DNA from: Candidatus Methylomirabilota bacterium
Lineage (GTDB): Bacteria; Chloroflexota; Limnocylindria; QHBO01
Assembly: GCA_035493355.1 (NCBI GenBank)
Contig: DATJIJ010000110.1
Location: 1 to 63,047, forward strand
Reading direction: 5' to 3'
DNA length: 63,047 nucleotides
Shown here: piece by piece, positions 52,073 through 62,266 of the stretch
How the letters are laid out: the number at the start of each line of letters is the position of its first letter
How positions within the stretch are numbered: position 1 is the stretch's first letter
Program-made: the position numbers and the translations under genes
Notes under the pieces: model-generated
The model's input: the letters and a program-made list of their open reading frames with translations, nothing else
Databases searched by the model: none
Told to the model about the DNA's origin: nothing

Positions 52073-52743
52073 AACTGGCGCCCGATGGCGATCTGCCAGA
52101 GGGTGCGACCGATCAGCCGCAGGTCGAAGCCGAATGACCGGCGATCCACGTACTCGAGGTCCAGGGCGACCCCTTCGTCGAAGGTGATCCGGCCCCAGGC
52201 CGTCGCCTGCCAGAGCCCCGTCAATCCGGGAATGACGGACAGCCGGCGCAGATGCCACGGCTCGTACACCTCCACCTCGTATGGGATGGGCGGACGCGGT
52301 CCGACCAGGCTCATCTCGCCGCGGACGATGTTGATCAGCTGCGGCAGCTCATCGAGGTGGGAACGGCGCAGGAAGGCTCCCAGCCGAGTCACGCGCGGGT
52401 CGGCGGCGATGGGGACCCAGACCTTCTCGCCGCCGTCGGCCGCCGCGGCGTCGCCCCGGATCAGGTCGCGGGCGTGGTCGCGGTGGCGGCCCTGCTCGGC
52501 GCTGCTGAACATGCTGCGGAACTTGTAGAGCGTGAAGGGCCGGCCGCCGAGCCCCAGCCGCTCCTGCCGGAAGAGGACCGGCCCGCGCGATTCGAGCTTC
52601 ACGGCGATTGCGACCAGCGCGAGGATCGGTGAGACGAGGACGAGCCCCAGCAGCGAGGCGGCGAGGTCGAGGCTGCGCTTGGCAATCCGATAGCCCAGCG
52701 GGGTCCGCGCGATCGGGACGACCAGCGACGGGGCTCGCGACAT
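52069..52743 (-). CDS. small monotopic polyprenyl-phosphate sugar-1-phosphate transferase (PglC/WecP-like Bac_transf)
   Basis: ORF 52069..52815 trimmed to ATG 52741-52743, because the extension runs into the tRNA gene. Motifs: [57 protein letters not shown] ... [22 protein letters not shown]. Confidence 0.9.
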   Translation of the reverse strand: MSRAPSLVVPIARTPLGYRIAKRSLDLAASLLGLVLVSPILALVAIAVKLESRGPVLFRQERLGLGGRPFTLYKFRSMFSSAEQGRHRDHARDLIRGDAAAADGGEKVWVPIAADPRVTRLGAFLRRSHLDELPQLINIVRGEMSLVGPRPPIPYEVEVYEPWHLRRLSVIPGLTGLWQATAWGRITFDEGVALDLEYVDRRSFGFDLRLIGRTLWQIAIGRQF

Positions 52744-52771
52744 CGGCTCGGTCGACTCCTCGATGGATGGA

Positions 52772-52848
52772 TGGTCGGGGCGACTGGATTCGAACCAGCG
52801 ACCTCCTGCTCCCAAAGCAGGTGCGCTACCAGGCTGCGCTACGCCCCG
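52772..52848 (-). tRNA. tRNA-Pro (anticodon UGG), CCA encoded
   Basis: The reverse complement is CGGGGCGTAGCGCAGCCTGGTAGCGCACCTGCTTTGGGAGCAGGAGGTCGCTGGTTCGAATCCAGTCGCCCCGACCA. It forms a 7-bp acceptor stem, a GCGC/GCGC D stem and a CCTGC/GCAGG anticodon stem with loop TTTGGGA. The T arm is GCTGG-TTCGAAT-CCAGT. Confidence 0.95.
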
Positions 52849-52860
52849 ACGGCCCAGATG

Positions 52861-54033
52861 CTAACGCGCCAGCAGGCGGTCGACGATCGCGACGTAGCGT
52901 CTCGCCTGGTCCGCCCACTCGTACTGCGCCTCCTGGCGATGCGCCTCGGCGCCCAGGCGGGCCGTCCCGACCGGGTCGGCCGCGACCGATCGGAGTCCCT
53001 CCGCCAGCGCGTCGGGGTCGCCGCCACGGACGTAGTGGATCGCATCGGCGGTGAAGTGGGCACGGATCGTGCGGAGGTCGCTGGCGACGATCGGGACGCC
53101 CATCGCGGCGTACTCCAGCAGCTTGGTCGAGAGCGAGTACTGCATGTACGGCTCCGGCAGTGACGGAATCACTCCCACGTCCGCTGCGGCAATGAGGGCC
53201 GGCAGCTCGTCGATGGGGACCGGGCCGTTGAGGTGGATCCGGTCGGCGGTGCCGGTCCTCGCCACGGCGGCCTCGAGGTGGGGGCGATACGGGCCATCAC
53301 CGTAGATATCGGCCCGGATCGGCAGCTCGGCTCCGATCCGCGCCACCGCCTCGATCAGGACCTCGAGGCCGTAGATCCGCTGCAGGTTGGAATGGTGGAT
53401 GAGGCGCAGCTCCCCGTCTTCCATGAAGGGGCGCCGCGGATGCGCGGCGACGTCGAAGAGCTCCGTATCGGCGCTGTTCATGACCACCGAAATCTTGTCG
53501 GGTGGCACGCCGCGCGCAATGGACAGCTCGCGCAGCGGCTCGTGGACGGTGATGATCTCGTCCGCGAGCCACGCCGATGCCTTTGCGGCGCCGGCGACGG
53601 CAGGCAGCAGCGGTTGCAGCGCGGGATGGGCGAAGCGGTCCCGGAAGAATTCCGGCATGTCCTCGTGGAGGTCGAGCAGCAGCGGAACGCCGCTCAGCTT
53701 CAGTGGCGCCGTGGCGAAGGCGAGGAAGTCGGGGAGGGTGGCAACCTGCACGAGGCGGTATCGACGCCGCCCGTGCTCGCGAGCCAGGCGAATCGCCGCG
53801 ATGCCGGCGAAGGCGAGATACTCGGCCATGTGCCCGGCGAATCCGCTGAAGGCGCGGTGCACCGGCAGCCGGAAGACGCGGACGCCCCGGATCCGCTCCT
53901 CCGGGACCTCGCCCGGGGCACGCAGGCAGAAGAGATCGACCTCGTGCCCGACGGCGACGAGCGCATCGGTCTGGCGCCGGAGGCGCGGGTCACCGGGGAA
54001 GACCGCGTGGGCGACCATCGCCACGCGGCTCAC
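52861..54033 (-). CDS. glycosyltransferase family 4 (GT-B)
   Basis: 390 aa with GTG start in a GTGA overlap with the MazG stop. Motifs: RVAMVAHAVFPGDPR ... PSLPEPYMQYSLSTKLLEYAAMGVPIVASD. Confidence 0.8.
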   Translation of the reverse strand: MSRVAMVAHAVFPGDPRLRRQTDALVAVGHEVDLFCLRAPGEVPEERIRGVRVFRLPVHRAFSGFAGHMAEYLAFAGIAAIRLAREHGRRRYRLVQVATLPDFLAFATAPLKLSGVPLLLDLHEDMPEFFRDRFAHPALQPLLPAVAGAAKASAWLADEIITVHEPLRELSIARGVPPDKISVVMNSADTELFDVAAHPRRPFMEDGELRLIHHSNLQRIYGLEVLIEAVARIGAELPIRADIYGDGPYRPHLEAAVARTGTADRIHLNGPVPIDELPALIAAADVGVIPSLPEPYMQYSLSTKLLEYAAMGVPIVASDLRTIRAHFTADAIHYVRGGDPDALAEGLRSVAADPVGTARLGAEAHRQEAQYEWADQARRYVAIVDRLLAR

Positions 54034-55166
54034 GACGACTTGACCTCGTTCCAGAGCGCGTCCTTGGCATCGGCGGCAAGGTCGACCAGCACGAGCCCGC
54101 GCTCGGCCGCGAGCGCCTCGACGCGCTCGTAGCGGTCGATCCAGCGACGGTTGGCGCGGCGCAGCGCCTCTTCGGGGTCGAGCTTCAGCCAGCGCGCCAG
54201 GTTGACGGCCGCGAAGAGGACGTCGCCGAGCTCGTGCAGCCGCGCGTCCCGGCCGGCGTCACCCTCCATCGGCCCCGCCTCATGCAGCTCGGCGAGCTCC
54301 TCGCCGACCTTCTCCCAGACGCCGTCGATCGCCTCCCAATCCCAGCCGAGGGACGAGGCTCGCTCCTGGATCTCGCGACTGGCGGCGAGGGCGGGCAGCG
54401 CCCTGGCGATGCCACTGAAGGCCGATGGCGGGCCGCCGGCGTCATGGCGCTCGGCGGCCTTGATCGACTCCCAGTTGCGAAGGACCTCCTCCGCTCCGCT
54501 GACCTCCGTGTCGCCGAAGACGTGCGGATGGCGCCGGATGATCTTGGCGCCGAGCGTGCGGTAGACGTCGGTGAGGTCGAATGAACCCTCCTCCGCGGCC
54601 AGCTGGGCGTGCAGGATGATCTGCAGGAAGAGGTCGCCGAGCTCCTCGGCGAGATCCTCCGACGTGCCGCTCTCGATCGCGTCGACCGTCTCGTAGGCCT
54701 CCTCGAGAACGAACGGACGGAGGCTGGCGTGCGTCTGCTTCCGATCCCAGGGACAGCCGTCGGGCGCCCGCAGCCGGGCGGAGATGGCCGCCATTCCGTG
54801 CGGCGAGGCCAGGTTGTCCAGGGGCGCAAGCGCCGGAACGAGCCAGTCGCCGCCGATCAGCTCGTCATCGCTCAGGTCCGTCAATGCCCGTTGCGCCCCC
54901 TCGGGGAGCGGCTGAATCGGGTGATCGGCTGGGTAGAGCGAGAGGAGCAGCGCTCGCGCTCCACCCCGTGCGTGACGCCCCGGCAGGACGGCCGGCTCAT
55001 CGGCCAGCGGAGGCTCGGCCAGCAGCACAAGCGGCAGCGATGGGTCGAAGGCGATGGATGGCAGCCGTCGCCCGGAGACCACCTGGACGCCCAGCACCGG
55101 GTCGAGCCCGGCCGCCGCGAGGAGGCGATCGACGCCGCGGGACGTCGCCACGCCTCGGGCTGTCAC
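54030..55166 (-). CDS. mazG: MazG-family nucleoside triphosphate pyrophosphohydrolase (YabN-like, with a remnant N-terminal domain)
   Basis: Trimmed to GTG 55164-55166 (GTGA overlap). It has tandem MazG repeats: [28 protein letters not shown] ... [11 protein letters not shown] and EELAELHEA ... [15 protein letters not shown]. The first roughly 140 aa look like the tail of a tetrapyrrole-methylase-like domain. Confidence 0.8.
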   Translation of the reverse strand: MTARGVATSRGVDRLLAAAGLDPVLGVQVVSGRRLPSIAFDPSLPLVLLAEPPLADEPAVLPGRHARGGARALLLSLYPADHPIQPLPEGAQRALTDLSDDELIGGDWLVPALAPLDNLASPHGMAAISARLRAPDGCPWDRKQTHASLRPFVLEEAYETVDAIESGTSEDLAEELGDLFLQIILHAQLAAEEGSFDLTDVYRTLGAKIIRRHPHVFGDTEVSGAEEVLRNWESIKAAERHDAGGPPSAFSGIARALPALAASREIQERASSLGWDWEAIDGVWEKVGEELAELHEAGPMEGDAGRDARLHELGDVLFAAVNLARWLKLDPEEALRRANRRWIDRYERVEALAAERGLVLVDLAADAKDALWNEVKSS

Positions 55167-56887
55167 TGCGTGGGCGGAGCCGCGACGAACTGCGGATCGG
55201 TCCAGGTCGCCGCCGCATCCCGGATCTCGGTCAGCCACCGATCGAACCCGCCCTGACGCACCGAGGTGAGCTGCTTGTCCGGCACCCAGCGCAGCTCGGC
55301 GGTGTCGAGCAGCTTGAAGATGTAGAAGCCGCTGTCGGTCTCGACCGGATCGCTGATCTGGCCGACCTTGGTCAGCGCGAAGATCGCGTCCATCCGCTCC
55401 TTCTCGAACTGGTAGGGGATCACCCAGCCCAGGTCGCCACCGTTCTCGGCGCTGCTGGAGTCCTCGCTCTGCTCCTTGGCGAGCTGGGCGAACTGGTCCG
55501 GGTGTGCGCGCAGCGTGGTCACGAGCTGCTCCGCCTGGTCCCCCGCCGTGGTGCGGGTACCGGTGATCTCGATGATGTGGTAGCCGAACTGCGTCTTGAC
55601 CGGCTCGCTCACCTCGCCCACGGTGAGCTTGGCGATCGCCGCCTTGAACTCCGGGACGAAGGTCGAGGTTGCCGGGTCGTACCAGCCCAGGTCGCCGCCG
55701 CGGCTGCCGCTGCCGGTGTCATCGCTCTGCTTCGCCAGCGTGAACCAGTCGGCGTTCGGCTTCATCGCCTCGATCCGGAACGCGTTCGCGCGCTCGAGGG
55801 CGGCGGCCCATTGGGCATCGGTTGCCTTCGACTGGTCCGACTCGCCGGGGAGCGGCTGGGCAAGGAAGTGGCGCAGCCGCTGCTGCGGGACGGGGACGCC
55901 CTGCTGCGCGGCGATGAAGATCTGCCCCACCTCGCGCTGCGGCTGGTACGGCTTCATGACCGTGTTGGTGAAGTAGTCGTTGAAGGCGGTCTTCAGCAGG
56001 TCGTCGTGGACGTAGGCGCGGTAGTCGGCGTCGCTCACCCCTGCTGCGCCGAGCAGGTCGATGAGGTTCTGGTTGGGCCCGGCCGCCTTGCGATCGTCCA
56101 AGTGCAGGAGGTGGTAGCCGAATTCGTCCTTGATCGGCCCCACCACGTCGCCCTTCTTGGCATCGTGCGCCTCGGTGAAGTAGGTGGCATACAGCGGGTC
56201 GTCGACCTCCACCCAGCCGAGCGAGCCATTTGCCGCCGCCGAGCCATCGTCGCTCTTCTCCTTGGCGGTGGCGGCGAAGTCGGCGCCGCCCTTGAGCGCC
56301 TCGGCGATGTCCTTGGCCTCTCCCTCCGCACGGGTGAAGTCGGCGTCGGTCGGCTTGGCGCCCGGCTTCGCGTCGGACGGCAGGGCGGCGACGCTGATGA
56401 GCGAGATCCGCAGGCGCTCGGGGAGCGTCTTGCGCCGGGTCACCTCCGCGGTCAGCGCGTCATCGGTGACGTTGATGCCGTAGCGTCCCGCGTTCGTGGT
56501 CAGCACCCGGCCGAGCACGAGTGAATCGGTGGCGCTGGGGGCGAGCGTCTTGAGCGCATCCTGGATCGCCTGCTGGCCCTGCTGGATGAGCGAGTCGCGC
56601 ACCCCGCCGAGCCGATCGTTGAGGTCGAGGTAGCGCGCCTGCAGTTCGGAGCCGATCTCGTCCATGCGATCGGTCAGGTCGTCGATCGAGTAGGTCGTGT
56701 TGCCGACCGCGGCGACCGGCCGCAGATGGTTGTCGTAGTGATCGCTCCAGGCGGTCGCGCCGAAGATCCCGATCGCCACGGCGATGGCGAGGGCGAAGCC
56801 GGCCACGATCAGCTGCTGGGTTCGCAGCTCGTCCTGCCAGCGGGGCCGATGCTTCCGGTCGAGGACCGGGCGGTTGCGAAACGACAT
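55163..56887 (-). CDS. membrane-anchored peptidyl-prolyl isomerase with three parvulin (PpiC) domains
   Basis: N-terminal [24 protein letters not shown]. Three rotamase cores are present: [10 protein letters not shown]...[19 protein letters not shown]...FGYHIIEIT and [10 protein letters not shown]...SGFYIFKLL. Confidence 0.8.
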   Translation of the reverse strand: MSFRNRPVLDRKHRPRWQDELRTQQLIVAGFALAIAVAIGIFGATAWSDHYDNHLRPVAAVGNTTYSIDDLTDRMDEIGSELQARYLDLNDRLGGVRDSLIQQGQQAIQDALKTLAPSATDSLVLGRVLTTNAGRYGINVTDDALTAEVTRRKTLPERLRISLISVAALPSDAKPGAKPTDADFTRAEGEAKDIAEALKGGADFAATAKEKSDDGSAAANGSLGWVEVDDPLYATYFTEAHDAKKGDVVGPIKDEFGYHLLHLDDRKAAGPNQNLIDLLGAAGVSDADYRAYVHDDLLKTAFNDYFTNTVMKPYQPQREVGQIFIAAQQGVPVPQQRLRHFLAQPLPGESDQSKATDAQWAAALERANAFRIEAMKPNADWFTLAKQSDDTGSGSRGGDLGWYDPATSTFVPEFKAAIAKLTVGEVSEPVKTQFGYHIIEITGTRTTAGDQAEQLVTTLRAHPDQFAQLAKEQSEDSSSAENGGDLGWVIPYQFEKERMDAIFALTKVGQISDPVETDSGFYIFKLLDTAELRWVPDKQLTSVRQGGFDRWLTEIRDAAATWTDPQFVAAPPTQ

Positions 56888-56988
56888 CAGTGCGCTTGGT
56901 TCTCCGCAGGGCGGTAGAGGGATTCCGACGGTGGGCGAGGGGCCATGCTAGCCGATGGGCCCTGCCTGCGCCAGCACGCCAACCTGGC

Positions 56989-57762
56989 TCAGGGGGTGCG
57001 TCGGAAGGCGTCGCGGATTGCCTCCAGCCGGAGGCGCAGGACGAGCCCGAGGGCCTCCCTGACGATGCCGCCGCTCATCTTGGAGCTGCCCGCCACCCGC
57101 TCCCGAAAGATGATCGGCACCTGGGTGATGACCGCCCGGCGGCGATGCGCCCACCAGGTCGTCTCGATCTGGAAGCCATAGCCGCTCGTGTTCGCCTCGC
57201 GGAGGCGGATCGCATCGAGCAGCTCCCGCCGCCACGCCTTGAAGCCGCCCGTCAGGTCACGGTACGACAGGAGGAGCACGACCCGCGCGAACGTGGTCCC
57301 GGCGCGGCTGATGAGCTGCCGATGGAGCGGCCATCCCACCGTGCCGCCGCCCCGCATGTAGCGCGTCCCCAGGACGAGGTCCGAGCCGGTCATAAGGGGT
57401 GCAGCGAGCCGAGGCAGGTCATGCGGATCGTGGCTGAAGTCGGCGTCCATCTGGATCACCGCCCGAATGTCGTCCCGCGCCAGCGCCCAGCGAAACCCGT
57501 CCCGATAGGCAACGCCGAGCCCCTCCTTGGCGGGACGGTGCAGCACGTGCAGCCGAGGCTCGCGGGCGGCCATCGCGTCGGCCAGGTCCCCCGTGCCGTC
57601 GGGCGAGCTGTCGTCCACCACGAGGAGGTGCGCCTCGGGCATCGCCTCCAGGATCGCGGCTCCGATGCGCTCCAGGTTCTCCCGCTCGTTGTAGGTCGGC
57701 AGGACGACCACGACGCCCTTCCCGGCGGCGATCCCGACGCGGGGCGTCTCGGTCGCGTCCAT
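56989..57762 (-). CDS. polyprenol-phosphate mannose synthase (dolichol-P-mannose synthase-like GT2)
   Basis: Motifs: VVVLPTYNERENL ... LLVVDDSSPDGTGDLA ... RPAKEGLGVAYRDGF ... QMDADFSHDP. Confidence 0.85.
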   Translation of the reverse strand: MDATETPRVGIAAGKGVVVVLPTYNERENLERIGAAILEAMPEAHLLVVDDSSPDGTGDLADAMAAREPRLHVLHRPAKEGLGVAYRDGFRWALARDDIRAVIQMDADFSHDPHDLPRLAAPLMTGSDLVLGTRYMRGGGTVGWPLHRQLISRAGTTFARVVLLLSYRDLTGGFKAWRRELLDAIRLREANTSGYGFQIETTWWAHRRRAVITQVPIIFRERVAGSSKMSGGIVREALGLVLRLRLEAIRDAFRRTP

Positions 57763-57766
57763 CCGC

Positions 57767-59041
57767 CTAGCGACCGATCCCGGCGTACGAGACGCCGGCG
57801 GCGGTCACCGTGGCCGGGTCGAGGGCGTTGCGTCCGTCCAGCAGCAGCTCGAGCCCGGGAATCGTCGTGAGGTCGAGCGACTGATAGGCGGCATGCGGCG
57901 CCTGGATCACGGCGGCCCGGACCGATGTCGGCGCCGTCAGGTCATACGGAGCGAAGCCGAGACCTGCGAGATGCTCGGGCGAGAAGTACGGGTCATGGCC
58001 GTGCACGATCGCCCCGGCGGCGACCAGCTCGTCGCGGAGGCGGAAGGCCGCGCTGAAGGCATCCTCGCGCACGTCGGCGCGGTAAGCGATCCCCAGCACC
58101 AGGACCTGGACCCCGGCCAGCGGGCCGATACGCCGCTCCAGCTCGCCGACGGCGAAGGCGGCCATCTCGTCGTTGATCGTGCGAGCCAGCGGCGGGAGGC
58201 GCAGGTCCGGCTCCGCGTTGAAGAGGAAGTGGGGGTACACCGGGATGCAGTGGCCGCCGACGCCGACGCCGGGGGCGTGGATGTGGCTGTACGGCTGCGA
58301 GTTCGCTGCCGCGATCACCTCCGTGACGTCGATCCCGCGCTTGGCCGCGTAGCGGGCGTACTCGTTGGCGAGGGCGATATTGACGTCCCGGTAGGTCGTC
58401 TCCGCCAGCTTTGTCATCTCCGCCGTCTCGGCATTGGCCACTGCCCGGATCTCCGTTCCCTCGTCCAGCGCGGCCTCGTAGAAGGCAACCGCACGACGCG
58501 TGCTCTCCGCGCTCACTCCACCGACCACCTTGGGGTAGCGGCGCAGGTCGAGAAGGACGCGGCCGACCAGGACGCGCTCCGGCGAGAACGCCAGGAAGAG
58601 GTCGCGATCCAGGGTCAGGCCGCTCCCCTCCTCGAGCATCGGTCCGAACCGATCGCGGGTCGTCCCGACCGGCAGCGTCGTCTCGTACACGACCAGGGTT
58701 TCAGGGCGCAGGCCATGGGCGATTTCGCGCGTCGCCGCATCGATCGGCCCGAAGTCGATCTCGCGTCGCTCGTCGACCGCGACCGGCACGATCACCACCA
58801 CGACATCGGCCTCGCGGACGCCAGCCGCGTCATCGGTGGTCGCTCGGAGTCGCCCGCTTCGCACCAGCTCGGGCACGCGCTCGACGAGCGCAGGCTCATC
58901 GTCATGGGGGGAGGCACCGGCATTGACCGCGGCGACGATTCGCTCGTCGACGTCGCATCCGACGACGTCATGGCCCCGCGAGGCGTACTGCACCGCCAGC
59001 GGGAGGCCGATGTGGCCCAGCCCGACGACCGCGATCCTCAC
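57767..59041 (-). CDS. nucleotide-sugar 6-dehydrogenase (UDP-GlcNAc/ManNAc dehydrogenase, WbpA/WecC-like)
   Basis: GTG start in a GTGA overlap. Motifs: RIAVVGLGHIGLPLAVQYA and the catalytic-Cys region PGVGVGGHCIPVYP. Confidence 0.85.
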   Translation of the reverse strand: MRIAVVGLGHIGLPLAVQYASRGHDVVGCDVDERIVAAVNAGASPHDDEPALVERVPELVRSGRLRATTDDAAGVREADVVVVIVPVAVDERREIDFGPIDAATREIAHGLRPETLVVYETTLPVGTTRDRFGPMLEEGSGLTLDRDLFLAFSPERVLVGRVLLDLRRYPKVVGGVSAESTRRAVAFYEAALDEGTEIRAVANAETAEMTKLAETTYRDVNIALANEYARYAAKRGIDVTEVIAAANSQPYSHIHAPGVGVGGHCIPVYPHFLFNAEPDLRLPPLARTINDEMAAFAVGELERRIGPLAGVQVLVLGIAYRADVREDAFSAAFRLRDELVAAGAIVHGHDPYFSPEHLAGLGFAPYDLTAPTSVRAAVIQAPHAAYQSLDLTTIPGLELLLDGRNALDPATVTAAGVSYAGIGR

Positions 59042-60045
59042 CGCAGCACGCTCGCCAGCGCCTCGCCGGCAATCACCGCGCCCGTGCTCGCCGACTCGAC
59101 CATGGCCCGGGCCAGGAGCAGCGCCACCATCGCCTCGTGGGGGTCGACCGGCGGCACGCCACCATCCCGTGCCGCCCGCGCGAACTCATCGAGCTCGATC
59201 GCCAGCGGCTCCCGTCGCTCGATCTCGCGCTCGATGCGCTTCCCCTCCTCGACGGAGCCGTCGGACGCCGGGTTCGGGTAGAAGACGAGCTGCTGCGCGA
59301 GGTAGTCAGCGGTGTACATGCCACGCTCGCCGGTGACGGTCAGGGTGCGCTGCTTGGTGGGGGTCAGCCAGTTGATGTCGAGCACGCCCACGGCCCCGTT
59401 CGCGAACTTCATGAGTCCGACGAAGAGGTCCTCATGGTCGGTGTGGATCCGCTGCTCGGTCTCGGCGTACAGCCGCACCGGATCGGACCCCAGCAGGTAG
59501 CGCATCACGTCGAGGTCGTGCGGCGCGAGGTCGACCACCACGCCGACGTCGCGAATCCTCGCCGGGAAGGGGCCGAGCCGCGTCGCCCGGATCTCGAAGA
59601 TGCGCCCCAGCTCGCCCGCCGCCAGCCGGCGCCGCAGCTCGCGGATGGCCGGGTTGAAACGTTCGATGTGCCCCACCGTCAGCATCCGCCCCGCCGTATG
59701 CGCGGCCTCGATCATCTGCTCCGCCTCGCCCCGGGTCGAGGCGATCGGCTTCTCGACGAGGACGTGCGACCCGGCGTCGAGCGCGGCGAGCGTGGTTGGC
59801 AGGTGGAGCGAGGTGGGCACCACCACGCTCACGAGGTCGAGATCCTCGGCCTCGAGCATCGCACCGGCATCGGCGTAGGGCCGGGCCTCGCGCCCATCGA
59901 TCGCCTCGCGGAGCGCGCCGGCGTCGGTATCGGCCACGGCCACCAGCTCGACCCCCCCGACCATCTCGTCCCAGACGCGGACGTGGGCGCGGCCCATCAT
60001 CCCGAGACCGATGACGCCGGCGCGCAGCCGCTCCGGCTCGGTCAT
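59038..60045 (-). CDS. Gfo/Idh/MocA-family oxidoreductase (WbpB-like 3-dehydrogenase)
   Basis: Motifs: LRAGVIGLGMMGRAHVRVW ... VLVEKPIA. ATGA overlap with the upstream aminotransferase. Confidence 0.8.
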   Translation of the reverse strand: MTEPERLRAGVIGLGMMGRAHVRVWDEMVGGVELVAVADTDAGALREAIDGREARPYADAGAMLEAEDLDLVSVVVPTSLHLPTTLAALDAGSHVLVEKPIASTRGEAEQMIEAAHTAGRMLTVGHIERFNPAIRELRRRLAAGELGRIFEIRATRLGPFPARIRDVGVVVDLAPHDLDVMRYLLGSDPVRLYAETEQRIHTDHEDLFVGLMKFANGAVGVLDINWLTPTKQRTLTVTGERGMYTADYLAQQLVFYPNPASDGSVEEGKRIEREIERREPLAIELDEFARAARDGGVPPVDPHEAMVALLLARAMVESASTGAVIAGEALASVLR

Positions 60046-61145
60046 GCGGTGACGGCGGCCGGCATCGGGCCAAGCTCGGATGCGACCGCGTTGACGGCCG
60101 CGATCACCGAATCGACCTCGTCATCGGTCAGCGACGGGTGGACCGGGATCGAGAGCACCTCGCCCGACAGCTGCTCGGAGAACGGGAAGTGCTGGTCGCC
60201 GTAGCCCAGCTCCAGGAACGGCTTCTGCCGATGAACCGGGATCGGGTAGTAGATGCCGGTTCCCACCCCCCGCTCCTTGAGCTGCTCGACGAACTCGTCG
60301 CGACGGTTCGCCCGGATCGTGTACTGGTGGTAGACGTGGGTCACCCCGGGTCCGACGCGGGGCGTGACGACGCCGCGCAGCTCGCGGTCGTAGCGGGCCG
60401 CGATCGCGCGGCGCCGGGCGTTGTAGCCGGGCAGCTTCGGCAGCTGGGCGAGGCCGATGCTGGCGTGGATATCGGTCATTCGGAAGTTGTAGCCCACGAT
60501 CTCGTGCTGGTAGCGGACCCGCATCCCGTGCTCGCGCAGGAGCCGCGCCCGGTCCGCCACCTCGGGATCGGCGGTGGTCACCATCCCGCCCTCGCCGGTG
60601 GTCATGTTCTTCGTCGGATAGAAGCTGAAGCAGCCGGTCCCCCAGGATCCGGAGCGACGGTCGCCGATCGCCGCTCCGTGGCTCTGGGCGGCGTCCTCGA
60701 TCACCGCCAGGCCCCGGCGCTCCGCGATCTCGGCGATGGCGGGCATGTCGGCCGGCTGCCCGTAGAGGGAGACCGGCATGATCGCCCGGGTGCGAGGCGT
60801 GATGGCGGCCTCGATCTGCGCCACGTCGATGTTGAAGGTTGCCTCGTCCACGTCCACGAAGACGGGCCGCGCCCCCGTGAAGAGGATCGTGCTCGCGCTG
60901 GCGAAGAAGGTGAAGGGCACGGTGATCACTTCATCGCCCTGCCCGACCTCGGAGGCGAGGAGGGCGAGATGGAGGGCGGTGGTGCCGGAGCTGGTCGCCA
61001 CCGCGTGGGGGACGCCGATGAATTCGGCGAACTGCTCCTCGAGATCGCGCACCCGCGCACCCTGCGCCAGCGCGCCGGAGCTCATGGCGCTCCAGACCAG
61101 CTCCTTCTCCTCGTCCCCCATCTGTGGCCGCGCGATCGGGATCAT
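60042..61145 (-). CDS. DegT/DnrJ/EryC1-family aminotransferase (WbpE-like)
   Basis: Motifs: GALAQGARVRDLEEQF, VTVPFTFFASAS, FSFYPTKNMTTGEGGM (PLP lysine). Confidence 0.85.
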   Translation of the reverse strand: MIPIARPQMGDEEKELVWSAMSSGALAQGARVRDLEEQFAEFIGVPHAVATSSGTTALHLALLASEVGQGDEVITVPFTFFASASTILFTGARPVFVDVDEATFNIDVAQIEAAITPRTRAIMPVSLYGQPADMPAIAEIAERRGLAVIEDAAQSHGAAIGDRRSGSWGTGCFSFYPTKNMTTGEGGMVTTADPEVADRARLLREHGMRVRYQHEIVGYNFRMTDIHASIGLAQLPKLPGYNARRRAIAARYDRELRGVVTPRVGPGVTHVYHQYTIRANRRDEFVEQLKERGVGTGIYYPIPVHRQKPFLELGYGDQHFPFSEQLSGEVLSIPVHPSLTDDEVDSVIAAVNAVASELGPMPAAVTA

Positions 61146-62266
61146 GCCCGGGATGCCTCCGCCAGCTGCTTCGTCGATGTGGCCTGGTGCCGTCGCTGCA
61201 GCCCTTCGAGGGCCACGACGACCCTGCCAGCCGCCATGCCGTCCCCGAAGAGGTCCGGCCGCGGACGCCCCCGCTCCATGAAGCCGGCGTCACCGAGCGC
61301 GGAGCGCAGCGCGCCGGGCTCGAGCCCAATGACCCGGTTCCAGCCGGCAGCGACGGTCTCGACCCATTCGGTCTCGTCGCGGAGGGTGAGGCACGGGACG
61401 CCCGCCAGGTAGGCCTCCTTCTGCACGCCGCCGGAGTCGGTCGCGATCGCCGCGGCGTGGGATTCGAGGGCGACCATCGCCAGGTACCCAACCGGGTCGA
61501 TCGCCCGCACGTTGGATGGCATCGGCATGCCCCCGCGGGAGATGGCCTCGCTGGTCCGCGGATGGACCGGGAAGATGACCGGCCGATCCAGCTCCAGCAT
61601 GGCGAGGAGCGCACCGAGGCGAGCCGGGTCGTCGACATTCTCGGCGCGATGGAGCGTGACGAGGAGGTACGCGCCCAGCTCGCGGGCGACGTCAGGCAGG
61701 TGCGCCTCCGAGCGCGGCTGCGCCCAGCGGAATGAGTCGACCATCACGTCCCCGACGAGCTCGGCCGCGGGACCGAGTCCCTCGTGCACGAGGTTGTCGA
61801 TCGCGGTCTGGGTGGGCGCGAGGAGGAGGTCCGCGAGGTGGTCGGCGACGATCCGGTTGCGCTCCTCGGGCATCGCCGGATTGAACGAGCGCAGCCCCGC
61901 CTCGACATGCGCCAGCCACGGCCGCCGGCCGTCGGGGTAGCGCACCTTGCTGGCGACCAGCGCCCCGCCGAGGGTCGAGTTCGTGTCGCCGTAGACGAGG
62001 ACGCCATCGGGCTGCGCCTCGGCGATGACCGGCTCCAGGCGCCGCATGATCTCGGCGGTCTGGGCACCGTGCGCGCCGCTCCCCACCTCGAGGTTCAGCG
62101 CCGGCGGCGGCATCTCCAGGTCGCGGAAGAAGGAGGCGCTCATGGCATCGTCGTAGTGCTGCCCGGTGTGGACCAGGAGCTCCTCATGCTCGCCGCGGAG
62201 CGCGCGGCTCACCGGCGCCGCCTTCACGAACTGCGGCCGGGCGCCGACCACGGTCAGGATCTTCAC
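61142..62266 (-). CDS. wecB: non-hydrolysing UDP-N-acetylglucosamine 2-epimerase family (WecB/WbpI-like)
   Basis: ORF trimmed to GTG 62264-62266 (GTGA overlap). Motifs: [18 protein letters not shown] ... LVHTGQHYD ... [13 protein letters not shown] ... HVEAGLRS ... [10 protein letters not shown]. Confidence 0.85.
   Translation of the reverse strand: MKILTVVGARPQFVKAAPVSRALRGEHEELLVHTGQHYDDAMSASFFRDLEMPPPALNLEVGSGAHGAQTAEIMRRLEPVIAEAQPDGVLVYGDTNSTLGGALVASKVRYPDGRRPWLAHVEAGLRSFNPAMPEERNRIVADHLADLLLAPTQTAIDNLVHEGLGPAAELVGDVMVDSFRWAQPRSEAHLPDVARELGAYLLVTLHRAENVDDPARLGALLAMLELDRPVIFPVHPRTSEAISRGGMPMPSNVRAIDPVGYLAMVALESHAAAIATDSGGVQKEAYLAGVPCLTLRDETEWVETVAAGWNRVIGLEPGALRSALGDAGFMERGRPRPDLFGDGMAAGRVVVALEGLQRRHQATSTKQLAEASRA

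Noticed and set aside
43803-52848. Genomic island or prophage integrated at tRNA-Pro
   Set aside because: No integrase, excisionase, phage or transposase genes were seen. I noticed no copy of the tRNA 3' end elsewhere. Packing and codon style look the same on both sides. It is left as a low-interest item to test computationally.
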